The position numbers were made by a program, and so were the translations under genes. The notes under the pieces are model-generated. The model was not told the origin of the DNA. It saw only the letters and a program-made list of their open reading frames with translations, and ran no database searches. Below are positions 50,308 to 58,983 of a stretch of 64,000 nucleotides of DNA, in pieces; the stretch's first letter is position 1, and the number at the start of each line of letters is the position of its first letter. Source of the DNA: a virus (Duplodnaviria > Heunggongvirae > Uroviricota > Caudoviricetes); the IMG/VR virus record IMGVR_UViG_3300031555_005503, positions 41,352 to 105,351 of that record; one strand, 5' to 3'.

Positions 50308-50577
50308 TTATCTCCAACCTTTCTGTTTCATCTTCTTAATACACAGTTTTGCTTCATATGGTGTTATCCCTACCATGTAGCTAAAACCATCCTTTGTACA
50401 TCCTTGCTGATATGATTGAATAATATGATTTCCATTTGCCTTATGACATAATGAAATTACATGAATATATCCATGTTTATTTATTTCTTTTTCATATTCA
50501 ACTATGTATTTGTTATCTTCGGTTTTTATAAAACCTAAGTCTTTAAATTTTTCATCTATCGTTTTAAACAATTTCAT
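50308..50577 (-). CDS. hypothetical protein
   Basis: Start refined to the internal MKLFKTIDE. Confidence 0.3.
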   Translation of the reverse strand: MKLFKTIDEKFKDLGFIKTEDNKYIVEYEKEINKHGYIHVISLCHKANGNHIIQSYQQGCTKDGFSYMVGITPYEAKLCIKKMKQKGWR

Positions 50578-50579
50578 TG

Positions 50580-50972
50580 TTATGCTCCTTTTAACTCCTC
50601 TAACCTTGCCTCTGCTTCTTCTTTGGTTAGGAACCAAACATAACTACCAAAAGCATGTAAATGTTGTAAAATCCAATCTATAGAAGGTATAGTAAATTCA
50701 AATATTGTTCTTTCGAGATCACATTCATCTTCACAACCACAACAACTGTATGAATCAGGATGATCTTCTCCATTGTGGCATGGTTTATACCACAGTTTAT
50801 ACACCGTATCTCCCACCTTGCACGGCAGTTCTATCAACCTGCCTTGTTCTTCAAGGTCTTCGTAGTGGGCGAGTTTATCAGCAATATTAAACCATAAAGT
50901 ATGTGGATGAAATATATATTCTCCATCAACTACAATATCTCCATTTGACTTTCTTTCTGTTAATCTACTCAT
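50580..50972 (-). CDS. hypothetical Cys-rich protein
   Basis: 130-aa ORF, RBS GAGGTGGCGGAATG. Confidence 0.4.
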   Translation of the reverse strand: MSRLTERKSNGDIVVDGEYIFHPHTLWFNIADKLAHYEDLEEQGRLIELPCKVGDTVYKLWYKPCHNGEDHPDSYSCCGCEDECDLERTIFEFTIPSIDWILQHLHAFGSYVWFLTKEEAEARLEELKGA

Positions 50973-50984
50973 TCCGCCACCTCA

Positions 50985-51161
50985 CTAATACCAGTCATCT
51001 CGACTTATGCTGTTCTGTGAAATCAAAGTTCTTCTGATTGCCTTTTGCTGTTTCTCACTTAATGTTTCAAAGTCAAGGTAAAAATCATCACACCCATTTT
51101 TCGGATGACAACTTTCACAATCCCAACTGTTTCTATATTTGCAATATTTGCATATACTCAT
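50985..51161 (-). CDS. small Cys-rich protein (58 aa)
   Basis: MSICKYCKYRNSWDCESCHP. ATGA-coupled to the upstream gene. Below the track size cut-off. Confidence 0.3.
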   Translation of the reverse strand: MSICKYCKYRNSWDCESCHPKNGCDDFYLDFETLSEKQQKAIRRTLISQNSISRDDWY

Positions 51162-51307
51162 TCCGCACCGCCTTTCAAAGCATCAGCTATCGTAAACAAT
51201 ATGCATTGTTCTTTTTCTCTGTCCCACCATGCACACGAAACGGATTTACATATTGGAATAGGTCGACCATATTGAAAAGGGCAAAGATTAGTTTTATCAA
51301 ATTTCAT
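51158..51307 (-). CDS. small Cys-rich protein (49 aa)
   Basis: MKFDKTNLCPFQYGRPIPICKSVSCAWW...ADALKGGAE. ATGA-coupled at both ends. Confidence 0.3.
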   Translation of the reverse strand: MKFDKTNLCPFQYGRPIPICKSVSCAWWDREKEQCILFTIADALKGGAE

Positions 51308-51624
51308 GCTTCACCGCCTTTCACGATCTCGATAGCATCATTTATCTGAACAAAGCTACTTACTCTTTTTACACCAGAGTTCATCATGACCTCTCCTGAT
51401 TTTGCCGCATCCACCAACCGCTTCTCGATCTCGTTCATCGGCTTTCGTGTGTTCCATGCTTCGATGGCTTTTAATTTTGCATCTTCCATAGTTGCTGAAC
51501 TAAATTCAAGCGTTCTTACACCGCACGTTTTACATCTTACATAGGCTTCGTGTTTAAAGAATGCAATTTTATGTAGTGCCGCTTCCCCACCGCAGAACGG
51601 ACACGGCTTTAACCTATTACTCAT
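51304..51624 (-). CDS. lar: Lar-family restriction alleviation protein
   Basis: KPCPFCGGEA...CKTCG...AIEAWNTR matches the Lar family signature. Confidence 0.65.
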   Translation of the reverse strand: MSNRLKPCPFCGGEAALHKIAFFKHEAYVRCKTCGVRTLEFSSATMEDAKLKAIEAWNTRKPMNEIEKRLVDAAKSGEVMMNSGVKRVSSFVQINDAIEIVKGGEA

Positions 51625-51625
51625 G

Positions 51626-51901
51626 CTACGCGCCTCCTTTTACAATCCTGATGGCATCATACAAAGACAAACTACAGTATGATGAATATTCGCCCTTGTC
51701 CATAGCAAACTGTGTTTCCGTTATACCTAATGTTTTTATTGACTCTTGTGTTAACCGCTCCACAACACCGTCCACATCATAGCTTGTTGGCTCATCTTTT
51801 ATGTTTTGAATAAGCACATCTATAGGTATTACTAAACCCTTTTCTTCTAAGCCATCATATAATGACAACAAAGATTTTCTGCTAATTAAATCGTTATTCA
51901 T
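51626..51901 (-). CDS. hypothetical protein
   Basis: 91-aa ORF. The C-terminal AIRIVKGGA encodes the SD sequence for the lar gene. Confidence 0.4.
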   Translation of the reverse strand: MNNDLISRKSLLSLYDGLEEKGLVIPIDVLIQNIKDEPTSYDVDGVVERLTQESIKTLGITETQFAMDKGEYSSYCSLSLYDAIRIVKGGA

Positions 51902-52437
51902 TTTGTACCTTTTAACCTTTTTAAAACATCATTAAAAATATTAATATAACCCTCAATGCACCCATCTTGATATTCAAATTCAATATCATTTTCCTCAAGC
52001 ATTGATACAATTTGTTCTGTAATTATTGCACTTTCTTCTTCAGTTTGATTACGACCAATTGGGTTATATGGTTTAACACGATTTAAAACATAATTAAAAT
52101 TTTCATATGAATTGAAAACATTTAATATCGTTTGATTAAAAATATCTCCAAGAATTGGACTACTATTATAAATAGAACTTAATAAAAGTGGTGAATCAGT
52201 GATAATTACATCTACTTGATCTGCACAGCGACTCATTTTATAATATTGCTTGCCAAATATATAAGCTTGATTGTTTAAGGCAGTGAAATTAGATTCCCAT
52301 GTTTTATCTTTAGCAAATTCTGTAACAAGCTCAGCATTTATCCCATGCATTTTAAGCATTGAAAATATGTAAGCTGCACCGGTAGATTTGCCAGTTCCTG
52401 GACCACCAAAAAGATTTACTACTATCACTTTGTTCAT
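51898..52437 (-). CDS. P-loop NTPase / nucleoside-nucleotide kinase-like protein
   Basis: Walker A NLFGGPGTGKST. Small kinase-like size. Confidence 0.45.
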   Translation of the reverse strand: MNKVIVVNLFGGPGTGKSTGAAYIFSMLKMHGINAELVTEFAKDKTWESNFTALNNQAYIFGKQYYKMSRCADQVDVIITDSPLLLSSIYNSSPILGDIFNQTILNVFNSYENFNYVLNRVKPYNPIGRNQTEEESAIITEQIVSMLEENDIEFEYQDGCIEGYINIFNDVLKRLKGTK

Positions 52438-52676
52438 TAATAATCACCTCTCACAATATCGATAGCTAGCTTTAATGCATTATTCCATACAACATCTGCA
52501 GGAAGACCATCATTACTTTTGCATTTTTCTAACCGTTCTGTAACTTTGTCTATGTATTCATTTATTTCATCGGCACAAGCATTCCAGCCTTTTGCATATA
52601 ATTCTTTATCAATAGATTGACGACTTTTATATTCGATTTTTTTAATTAATGACATAAATTGCCTCCAATATTTCAT
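52437..52676 (-). CDS. hypothetical protein
   Basis: 79-aa ORF. Confidence 0.3.
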   Translation of the reverse strand: MKYWRQFMSLIKKIEYKSRQSIDKELYAKGWNACADEINEYIDKVTERLEKCKSNDGLPADVVWNNALKLAIDIVRGDY

Positions 52677-52800
52677 ACTTTAAAAGTGCAATTGCCATTG
52701 TTATGATAACATCACACACTTTGTCAATTATTATTGTTATTAACGTCATAAATTTCTCCAATAAAAAAAGCCTATCGGCTCCATCAAAGTATTATTTTAT

Positions 52801-53334
52801 TTAATCCCAAAGGTCAAAAAACCTTTCATTTAACATGACGAATGCCGCATCTTTGGCTTTTTCTTGATATACATTAAACATTTTTGAATGTTCTATATAA
52901 CTATCCCAAGCTGCTACAGTTCTTTCATCGTCTATGCCATATTCTTCTCTTAAATTTATCCAATTCTCACGAAGTTTATCATTTTCTTCATCAGAATCTA
53001 ATGTAATATATCCAAATAATTTAGCTGTACTTTCAAGATAATCATGCCATTCTTTTACTGCAGCTTCTTCATCATCAGGATGTTGTTGTTGAAAATATAT
53101 AGGATAACCTTGACCATTATTTTTTAAGAAAATTAATAAATTAGATATATGTTCAGATAGATAATAATGTAGATTCCATACATCAAGTGGTGTAAAACCA
53201 TATTTGCCACGTCGGTACAAAGCTTTACCCATATGAACAAATCGCTTTATATGACCTGGAATGTTCCACCATTTAACTCGTTTATATCTGCTTAAATCAA
53301 AAACAGAATTATTTAATTTTATATCCTTATACAC
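52801..53334 (-). CDS. hypothetical protein
   Basis: 177-aa ORF. Confidence 0.4.
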   Translation of the reverse strand: MYKDIKLNNSVFDLSRYKRVKWWNIPGHIKRFVHMGKALYRRGKYGFTPLDVWNLHYYLSEHISNLLIFLKNNGQGYPIYFQQQHPDDEEAAVKEWHDYLESTAKLFGYITLDSDEENDKLRENWINLREEYGIDDERTVAAWDSYIEHSKMFNVYQEKAKDAAFVMLNERFFDLWD

Positions 53335-53336
53335 AT

Positions 53337-53579
53337 CTACCCCTCCAAGAAATCTAAAAGAACACTTTCATCAATTTGTACATCGTCAATCAAGGCATAT
53401 GTAATTATTCGATAGCTGTTAGTCGGATGGCTATTTTTAAGGATCACCATCCTTTCTCTTGCCTTGTCAATGCTTTTATAAGCACCATTCTTTGCAGAGA
53501 AAATTATATTTCCAGTATCTTCATTTAATATTGCATATAACTCTTTACAATTATTTATATTTCGCAATACATGTCCCAT
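53337..53579 (-). CDS. hypothetical protein
   Basis: 80-aa ORF. Confidence 0.3.
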   Translation of the reverse strand: MGHVLRNINNCKELYAILNEDTGNIIFSAKNGAYKSIDKARERMVILKNSHPTNSYRIITYALIDDVQIDESVLLDFLEG

Positions 53580-53581
53580 AA

Positions 53582-54067
53582 TTAAACCTCCATTTGCAGA
53601 ATACGTTTAGCGGTTTTAATGTGCTTTTCCTCCAAACCTTTTCTTTCAGATGTTTGAAGTAAATGTGATGAACATGGGCGAATCCATTTTCCATCTATAT
53701 CATCTATAACTACATATCCATCAACTTCCTCATGATCATCAAGATACGCTTTAATTTCATCTCCTCGACGCCTCATAAATCTATCAAATATTGGAGTCTT
53801 TCCATATAACTCAATACCGAATTCTCCTAATTTATTACGAAGCTCAATAAAATCTTTAGCAAATTCAGTTTTCTTCATACCAACATCAAGATGTTTCCAA
53901 CCCATTCGCCAAGTTGAAGAAAGAACCACTTTTGCATCGGTTTGGTCAATAAGTTGTTTGAGAATTTTTATATTTTTTTCTTCAACAAATATTGATCCAG
54001 TAGATGTCAATTCTTTTGTATAATAAGTATTAAGAACGCCATCGATATCAAGAAAAATTATCTTCAT
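53582..54067 (-). CDS. HAD-superfamily phosphatase
   Basis: Motif I FLDIDGVLN. Later VVIDDIDG. Confidence 0.55.
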   Translation of the reverse strand: MKIIFLDIDGVLNTYYTKELTSTGSIFVEEKNIKILKQLIDQTDAKVVLSSTWRMGWKHLDVGMKKTEFAKDFIELRNKLGEFGIELYGKTPIFDRFMRRRGDEIKAYLDDHEEVDGYVVIDDIDGKWIRPCSSHLLQTSERKGLEEKHIKTAKRILQMEV

Positions 54068-54389
54068 AATTTAATCCTTTAATAAACTCTACTAATTTTT
54101 TATCAAAATTATCCTTATCAATAGTTGCAAGATTATCATTGTCAATATCTGATTCAGGTAATCCCCATGCCATGTCTGTAAAAAATATATTCCAATCATC
54201 ACTATTTACAGACGTTAACATATACCATAAATGAACTCCTGGGCGTAACGTATAAGTTTCTGCCGTTTCACTAGGCTTATACATATCATCCATTAAACAA
54301 CGATAAAAAGTTAATTCAAATTCCGAAAGAGTCAAAGCATATCGTTTGTAGTAACCTTTATAATTTTCTTCAACTAATACTGCTTTCAT
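54048..54389 (-). CDS. hypothetical protein
   Basis: 113-aa ORF. Confidence 0.35.
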   Translation of the reverse strand: MKAVLVEENYKGYYKRYALTLSEFELTFYRCLMDDMYKPSETAETYTLRPGVHLWYMLTSVNSDDWNIFFTDMAWGLPESDIDNDNLATIDKDNFDKKLVEFIKGLNYEDNFS

Positions 54390-54577
54390 ATAACCACCTT
54401 TTTACCGCACGAATCTATATCAAACCAACAAGCATCACAATTATAATTACATTCAAAATCAACACATTCATCTTCAATAAATATCATTTCCTGTTCAGCT
54501 CGTTTGCCAAGCCAATTATCCATGGCATCGCCTAACTCATTTGTAATATCAATATAATCAAAATCTATATTATCCAT
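54386..54577 (-). CDS. hypothetical small acidic Cys-containing protein
   Basis: 63-aa ORF. Confidence 0.3.
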   Translation of the reverse strand: MDNIDFDYIDITNELGDAMDNWLGKRAEQEMIFIEDECVDFECNYNCDACWFDIDSCGKKVVI

Positions 54578-54588
54578 ATCACACCTTT

Positions 54589-55089
54589 TTATCTAGGTAT
54601 TGATTCACACACAATAGGTTCACATACCATTGCGCATAATTCACAGGCAGCTTTTACCGCCTCTCTTGCTGATGCTCCCATATGTAATGCTCCACTTGCA
54701 TAATCTTCTCCTGCACCAATTGCATAATAATCTTCAATTGGGAAAACTAACATACCCTCTATTGCAAAAGCTTTACCTTTATATGCGATTATATATGGAT
54801 TCTTAAAACTGTTGTCACCGGTTAAATCATTCTTCCATCTTCTAAATTCAAGAATATAATCTAACACGTTTTTTTCATCCATTTCTTCTATTGTATGTGT
54901 CTTCATATAATGAAAGAGTAAACTACTTTCTTCTGCGACTCCGCAACCTCCGATAATCATATCGTTGTGTTTCATCATTTTAACAACTTTATTTTGTGCG
55001 TTATTAAGTTTAGTCCAACCCTGAACAACAATAGAATCAGAAGCCATTTCAATTGTATTTTTATTTATTTTACAAACTACTACACTCAT
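54589..55089 (-). CDS. HslV/proteasome-beta-like Ntn-hydrolase peptidase
   Basis: YAIGAGEDYASGALHMGAS resembles the HslV AIGSGGNYA..AA motif. Ser follows the Met1, a possible Ser1 nucleophile. Confidence 0.4.
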   Translation of the reverse strand: MSVVVCKINKNTIEMASDSIVVQGWTKLNNAQNKVVKMMKHNDMIIGGCGVAEESSLLFHYMKTHTIEEMDEKNVLDYILEFRRWKNDLTGDNSFKNPYIIAYKGKAFAIEGMLVFPIEDYYAIGAGEDYASGALHMGASAREAVKAACELCAMVCEPIVCESIPR

Positions 55090-55102
55090 ATTTTTACCCC
55101 TT

Positions 55103-55300
55103 TTATTTATTATTTAGATATCCTAATAAATCAGGAAACATATTAGCTAATTCTTCTTTTGTAAATAACTTATCCTTTTCAATTCCATTATAAAGCCACC
55201 AACTAATATCGCTCCAAGCCATTTCACCAAGAGGAACTTTCTTATCTTCTTCCTGCATTCTAGTGAAAAAGTCAATATATTCTTGTCTTTCATCTTTCAT
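55103..55300 (-). CDS. hypothetical protein
   Basis: 65-aa ORF. Confidence 0.3.
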   Translation of the reverse strand: MKDERQEYIDFFTRMQEEDKKVPLGEMAWSDISWWLYNGIEKDKLFTKEELANMFPDLLGYLNNK

Positions 55301-55330
55301 ATAATAGACCTCTATTCTATAAGATTCTTA

Positions 55331-55561
55331 TTAATGCAACTTATATCCATAACTTTCTTCCATTTCTGCTTCTTTGATAGATAACCAATTAGGCTTAAGT
55401 GTCCAAACGATATACTGACTCATTTCCCATATAATATTTAAATTAATACCAAGTATTTCTGACATATACTTATTGTATTCTTGACTTGAAAAATGATCAA
55501 AATCTTTTTCCTCTTCGATATAAATAATGGCATTTTCGATCAAATGTTCTGCATTTGTCAT
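55331..55561 (-). CDS. hypothetical protein
   Basis: 76-aa ORF. Confidence 0.3.
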   Translation of the reverse strand: MTNAEHLIENAIIYIEEEKDFDHFSSQEYNKYMSEILGINLNIIWEMSQYIVWTLKPNWLSIKEAEMEESYGYKLH

Positions 55562-55585
55562 ATTACGCCTCCTATTTCGTATAAT

Positions 55586-56716
55586 TTACTTTCTATACCT
55601 AAATTTTGGCATTGGCAATAATTTAAATAGATTCTTCTTATGTAATTCATCTATTCTTTCTTTTACTTCAGGATCATCACAAATACCTTCCCTAATGTAT
55701 TTATCTAATACTTTATATGTAAAACCTAAATTGTCTTCATCAGTTTTCCCACTAAGACCATCTGCAGGTGTCTTTTCAATAAATTCTTTAGGAAGTCCAA
55801 GAGAATATCCTAATGTCTTAACCTCTTGTACGGTCAAATTTGATAATGGGCTAAAGTCGCCGGCCATATCGCCGTATCTTGTGGAATATCCAACCCAGTC
55901 TTCAGACAGGTTGCATGTATTGGCAACTCTGCCATTCATACTTTGAGAAACTCCATAAAGAACAGCCATCCTAAGTCTTGGCGGCAAATTAATAATCGTT
56001 TGTTCGCTAAGACGATCACAACAATCATCAATTTGAGTAATAGCATTATCAAACATTCGACTAATATCTATCGTACAATAATTAATTCCTAAGTGATTAC
56101 ATAAATTGTAGGAAACATCGATGTCGCTTTGTTTACCGTTAGGCATCAGTACGCCAAAAACTCTTTCCTTGCCAAGAGCTTCAACACAGAGAGCCGCAAC
56201 TACCGAACTGTCTTTGCCTCCAGAAATACCTACTATTGCATTGCATCCTTTACCGTTTTCTTCAAACCAGTCTCTGATCCACTGAACACAATCGTTTTTA
56301 ATTGGTTCAATTTCTTTAATATGTTCTTCGGCTTCAATCTCATCAATTAATTCGCATAGCATATCATATACAAGTGGTAAACCACCTCTATCATCAATAT
56401 AGACATTAGCATAAGTCTTTCTACCTTTAACAGGTACTGAACTATCGCAATTAATTCCTTCATATTTAATGTTATGTTCATTAAGATAAGCCTGAATTTT
56501 AGGATATTCGCTTTCTCCATTACCTGTTAATATAATTACTTCAGATCTACTTTCCCATCTATGAAGAAGTTCAATGATATTATTAAATGTCTTTCCTGTG
56601 CCATGGAAATCATATAACGTATCATCAAAATCCACACAAAATATTAATTTACCATGCTGAAGATATTCATCTTTTAATCTTTTATAGCAATTTTTTACTT
56701 CTAAATACCAATCCAT
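55586..56716 (-). CDS. nadE: NAD+ synthetase (NadE, PP-loop) fused to an N-terminal HAD-like domain
   Basis: C-terminal NAIVGISGGKDSSVVAALCVEALG, the NadE PP-loop. N-terminal ~130 aa carry HAD motif I FCVDFDDTL. Confidence 0.65.
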   Translation of the reverse strand: MDWYLEVKNCYKRLKDEYLQHGKLIFCVDFDDTLYDFHGTGKTFNNIIELLHRWESRSEVIILTGNGESEYPKIQAYLNEHNIKYEGINCDSSVPVKGRKTYANVYIDDRGGLPLVYDMLCELIDEIEAEEHIKEIEPIKNDCVQWIRDWFEENGKGCNAIVGISGGKDSSVVAALCVEALGKERVFGVLMPNGKQSDIDVSYNLCNHLGINYCTIDISRMFDNAITQIDDCCDRLSEQTIINLPPRLRMAVLYGVSQSMNGRVANTCNLSEDWVGYSTRYGDMAGDFSPLSNLTVQEVKTLGYSLGLPKEFIEKTPADGLSGKTDEDNLGFTYKVLDKYIREGICDDPEVKERIDELHKKNLFKLLPMPKFRYRK

Positions 56717-58182
56717 TAGAATTCTCCTCTGTGTAAAATATCTCTAATTTCAGCTAATGTATAATTTTTTAATAATACTCCATCTTTAAATACTGGTTGC
56801 AGTAAATTTCCTTCTGGAATAGTAGAGCTAGTATATTCGTCTTTATACTTTAACCCTCCGCTTTCTTTATACACATAGCATAATCCCTTCTGAGACTTCT
56901 TAAATCCGCCTTCTTTTGGATTTTTGAAAATAGGATATTCTTTACCATCTACTTCTGCATAACATGCTTTAATACAAGAACTAAATGTATCTCTAGTAAA
57001 CGGCTTTAATTCCCCATCTTCTTCAATACAATGCATTGAGAAAGAACCTACTCCAAGTGCCACATTACTTGCAGCAAATCCATTTTGCATCAGAATTTCA
57101 TATATTCGCTCTGCTCTTTGAACTGTAATTGAATCACCGTAAATAGCTTTTACATGTGGATCCAGTACTTTATAGCCTTTGCTATTTAAAGTGCCACCAA
57201 ACTGTTCCCACAGCTTAAATACTGTCTGAGTTACTACTTCTACACAGTCACCAGAATCACCTCTCATAAGCATACATCCATTATGAGCCATGATTTCATC
57301 ATGAATCTTAGGCAAAATATTATCAATTACGTTCCAGTAATCATAGCTATCAAGTACACATGAGAAACTTGTGTTAGGATATAATTCAGTCAATAACTTT
57401 CTCAGGAAAGTTTCTTCATCTCCATCTATTGCATAATTGCTACACATTACAAAATGCTCACTACTTACAGCTCCAAATGCAACCTCTTCTTTTTCACAAT
57501 CACAATTATACATTTTTTCAAGATACGGAATTACTGGCACTGTTGCAGTGTTTACAAATGATAGACACCATCCGGATCCTGCTTTGAGTGCAGCATCAAG
57601 ACCCATATCACCTCTAAAGTCGAAGCTACCCAAAGCTTTTCTTCTTGGAGTATCTTCATCGCACGTCATATCATAATATTTATTTACAACATCACGATAC
57701 GTCTTACCTACTGTTGCAGTGATCATTGGATACCAAAGCTCTGCACTAATTAAAGATTCAAGTGCTTGCGGCAACCAAGCAAAATCATCATGAGTATTTG
57801 TAATACCAAACATAGGTACCTTCATTGGAACCATTGTTCCTTCTGGAAGCGCTGTAATTTCAATTGGCAAATACCCAAGATGATGCAGTTTTATAATTTT
57901 TTCGATATCATATACACCTTCACCAAGCGTATTATCAAGAACTCTTTTATATTCAGCGATTACTTCATCTTCTGGCCTTTCAAAAAAATTATCTCTAAAG
58001 TGATCAATAAGATAAGTTTTGCAAAATGCTTGTAATCCAAACATTACAACTTTATCCCATCTATTCACTCTACTCATTCGCGGCGTAAAGTAGGATACAG
58101 ATTTTGTCATACCCGGATTAAGCATTTCTGCATGAACTGCTTTGTAAAAATCACATAATAATAATGAATTCATTTCGTGCAT
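56716..58182 (-). CDS. nicotinamide phosphoribosyltransferase family (NadV/Nampt-like; candidate Namat of NARP1)
   Basis: N-terminal LLLCDFYKAVH. Length 488 aa. Nampt-like core. Start overlaps the stop of the Prs-like gene. Confidence 0.7.
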   Translation of the reverse strand: MHEMNSLLLCDFYKAVHAEMLNPGMTKSVSYFTPRMSRVNRWDKVVMFGLQAFCKTYLIDHFRDNFFERPEDEVIAEYKRVLDNTLGEGVYDIEKIIKLHHLGYLPIEITALPEGTMVPMKVPMFGITNTHDDFAWLPQALESLISAELWYPMITATVGKTYRDVVNKYYDMTCDEDTPRRKALGSFDFRGDMGLDAALKAGSGWCLSFVNTATVPVIPYLEKMYNCDCEKEEVAFGAVSSEHFVMCSNYAIDGDEETFLRKLLTELYPNTSFSCVLDSYDYWNVIDNILPKIHDEIMAHNGCMLMRGDSGDCVEVVTQTVFKLWEQFGGTLNSKGYKVLDPHVKAIYGDSITVQRAERIYEILMQNGFAASNVALGVGSFSMHCIEEDGELKPFTRDTFSSCIKACYAEVDGKEYPIFKNPKEGGFKKSQKGLCYVYKESGGLKYKDEYTSSTIPEGNLLQPVFKDGVLLKNYTLAEIRDILHRGEF

Positions 58183-58979
58183 TACAATACCTCCTCTATA
58201 CGCATTGTATTAATCTTTTCATGTGATGAATGAAAAAGACTATCTGTGGTCCAAACACTTTTTATAAGATCTCCTTTTAATAGCTCACCTTGATGAATTG
58301 TATCTTCGCAATGAGTTACATATAGATGAACATCTTTTGCCCCAAGCTCTTTAAGCTTTTTTGCTGCAAAATAAAAAGTTCCTCCACGGGAACAAATATC
58401 ATCTATTATAAGAATGTTTTTATTTTTTATTAACTCAGCATCTCCGGCAATATTCAGCCCAAGAATTTTTCCTGTATCCCATTGCCTTTCCTTTACCCCA
58501 AAAGCATATGGTAATTTTGCCATACCACTATAACGTTTCATTGCACCTTCATCTGGAAAAAATAATGAATCTACATAAACTTGATCTAATACTTTGTTTA
58601 TAAATAGCTCTGGAGTTTTCACACATATATTATCAATTAACGCCTCGCTTACAGAAGAATGTGGATCTAATACTGATACATAATCAAAATTGAGGCTATT
58701 AATAATATTTGCAAAAAATTTTAAAGTGAAAACTTCATCATCATGTTTTACTCTATCCATGCGAGCGTTTGGAATGTACGGCATTTTCAATTGGATATTT
58801 GAACAACGAAGTTTATCTAAATGTTTCTTTACGTAGATAAGCGTTATTAATTCTTCTTCACGTTCATATAACCATGTTATAGTAGCATCAGTTCTGAAAA
58901 TCGTTGTTGGCATTTTTATATTTTGTGTACCATCGGGAAAACGATCTACGATTACTTGTGCTCCATCTACTTTTATCAT
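58182..58979 (-). CDS. ribose-phosphate pyrophosphokinase family (Prs-like; candidate ADP-ribose pyrophosphokinase Adps)
   Basis: PRPP-binding motif NILIIDDICSRGGTFYFAAKKL. Confidence 0.65.
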   Translation of the reverse strand: MIKVDGAQVIVDRFPDGTQNIKMPTTIFRTDATITWLYEREEELITLIYVKKHLDKLRCSNIQLKMPYIPNARMDRVKHDDEVFTLKFFANIINSLNFDYVSVLDPHSSVSEALIDNICVKTPELFINKVLDQVYVDSLFFPDEGAMKRYSGMAKLPYAFGVKERQWDTGKILGLNIAGDAELIKNKNILIIDDICSRGGTFYFAAKKLKELGAKDVHLYVTHCEDTIHQGELLKGDLIKSVWTTDSLFHSSHEKINTMRIEEVL

Positions 58980-58983
58980 ATTT

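Noticed and set aside
51038-51349. 103-aa + strand ORF
   Set aside because: Antisense to the chain of ATGA-coupled small - strand genes
51140-51901. Conserved C-terminal KGG(E)A motif as a protein family signature
   Set aside because: The motif coincides exactly with the AAAGGNGGTG Shine-Dalgarno of the overlapping downstream gene. It is a DNA-level constraint, not protein homology
55527-58035. + strand ORFs 55527..55946, 56129..56350, 57437..57676 and 57766..58035
   Set aside because: All lie antisense to the well-supported NadE/Nampt-like genes
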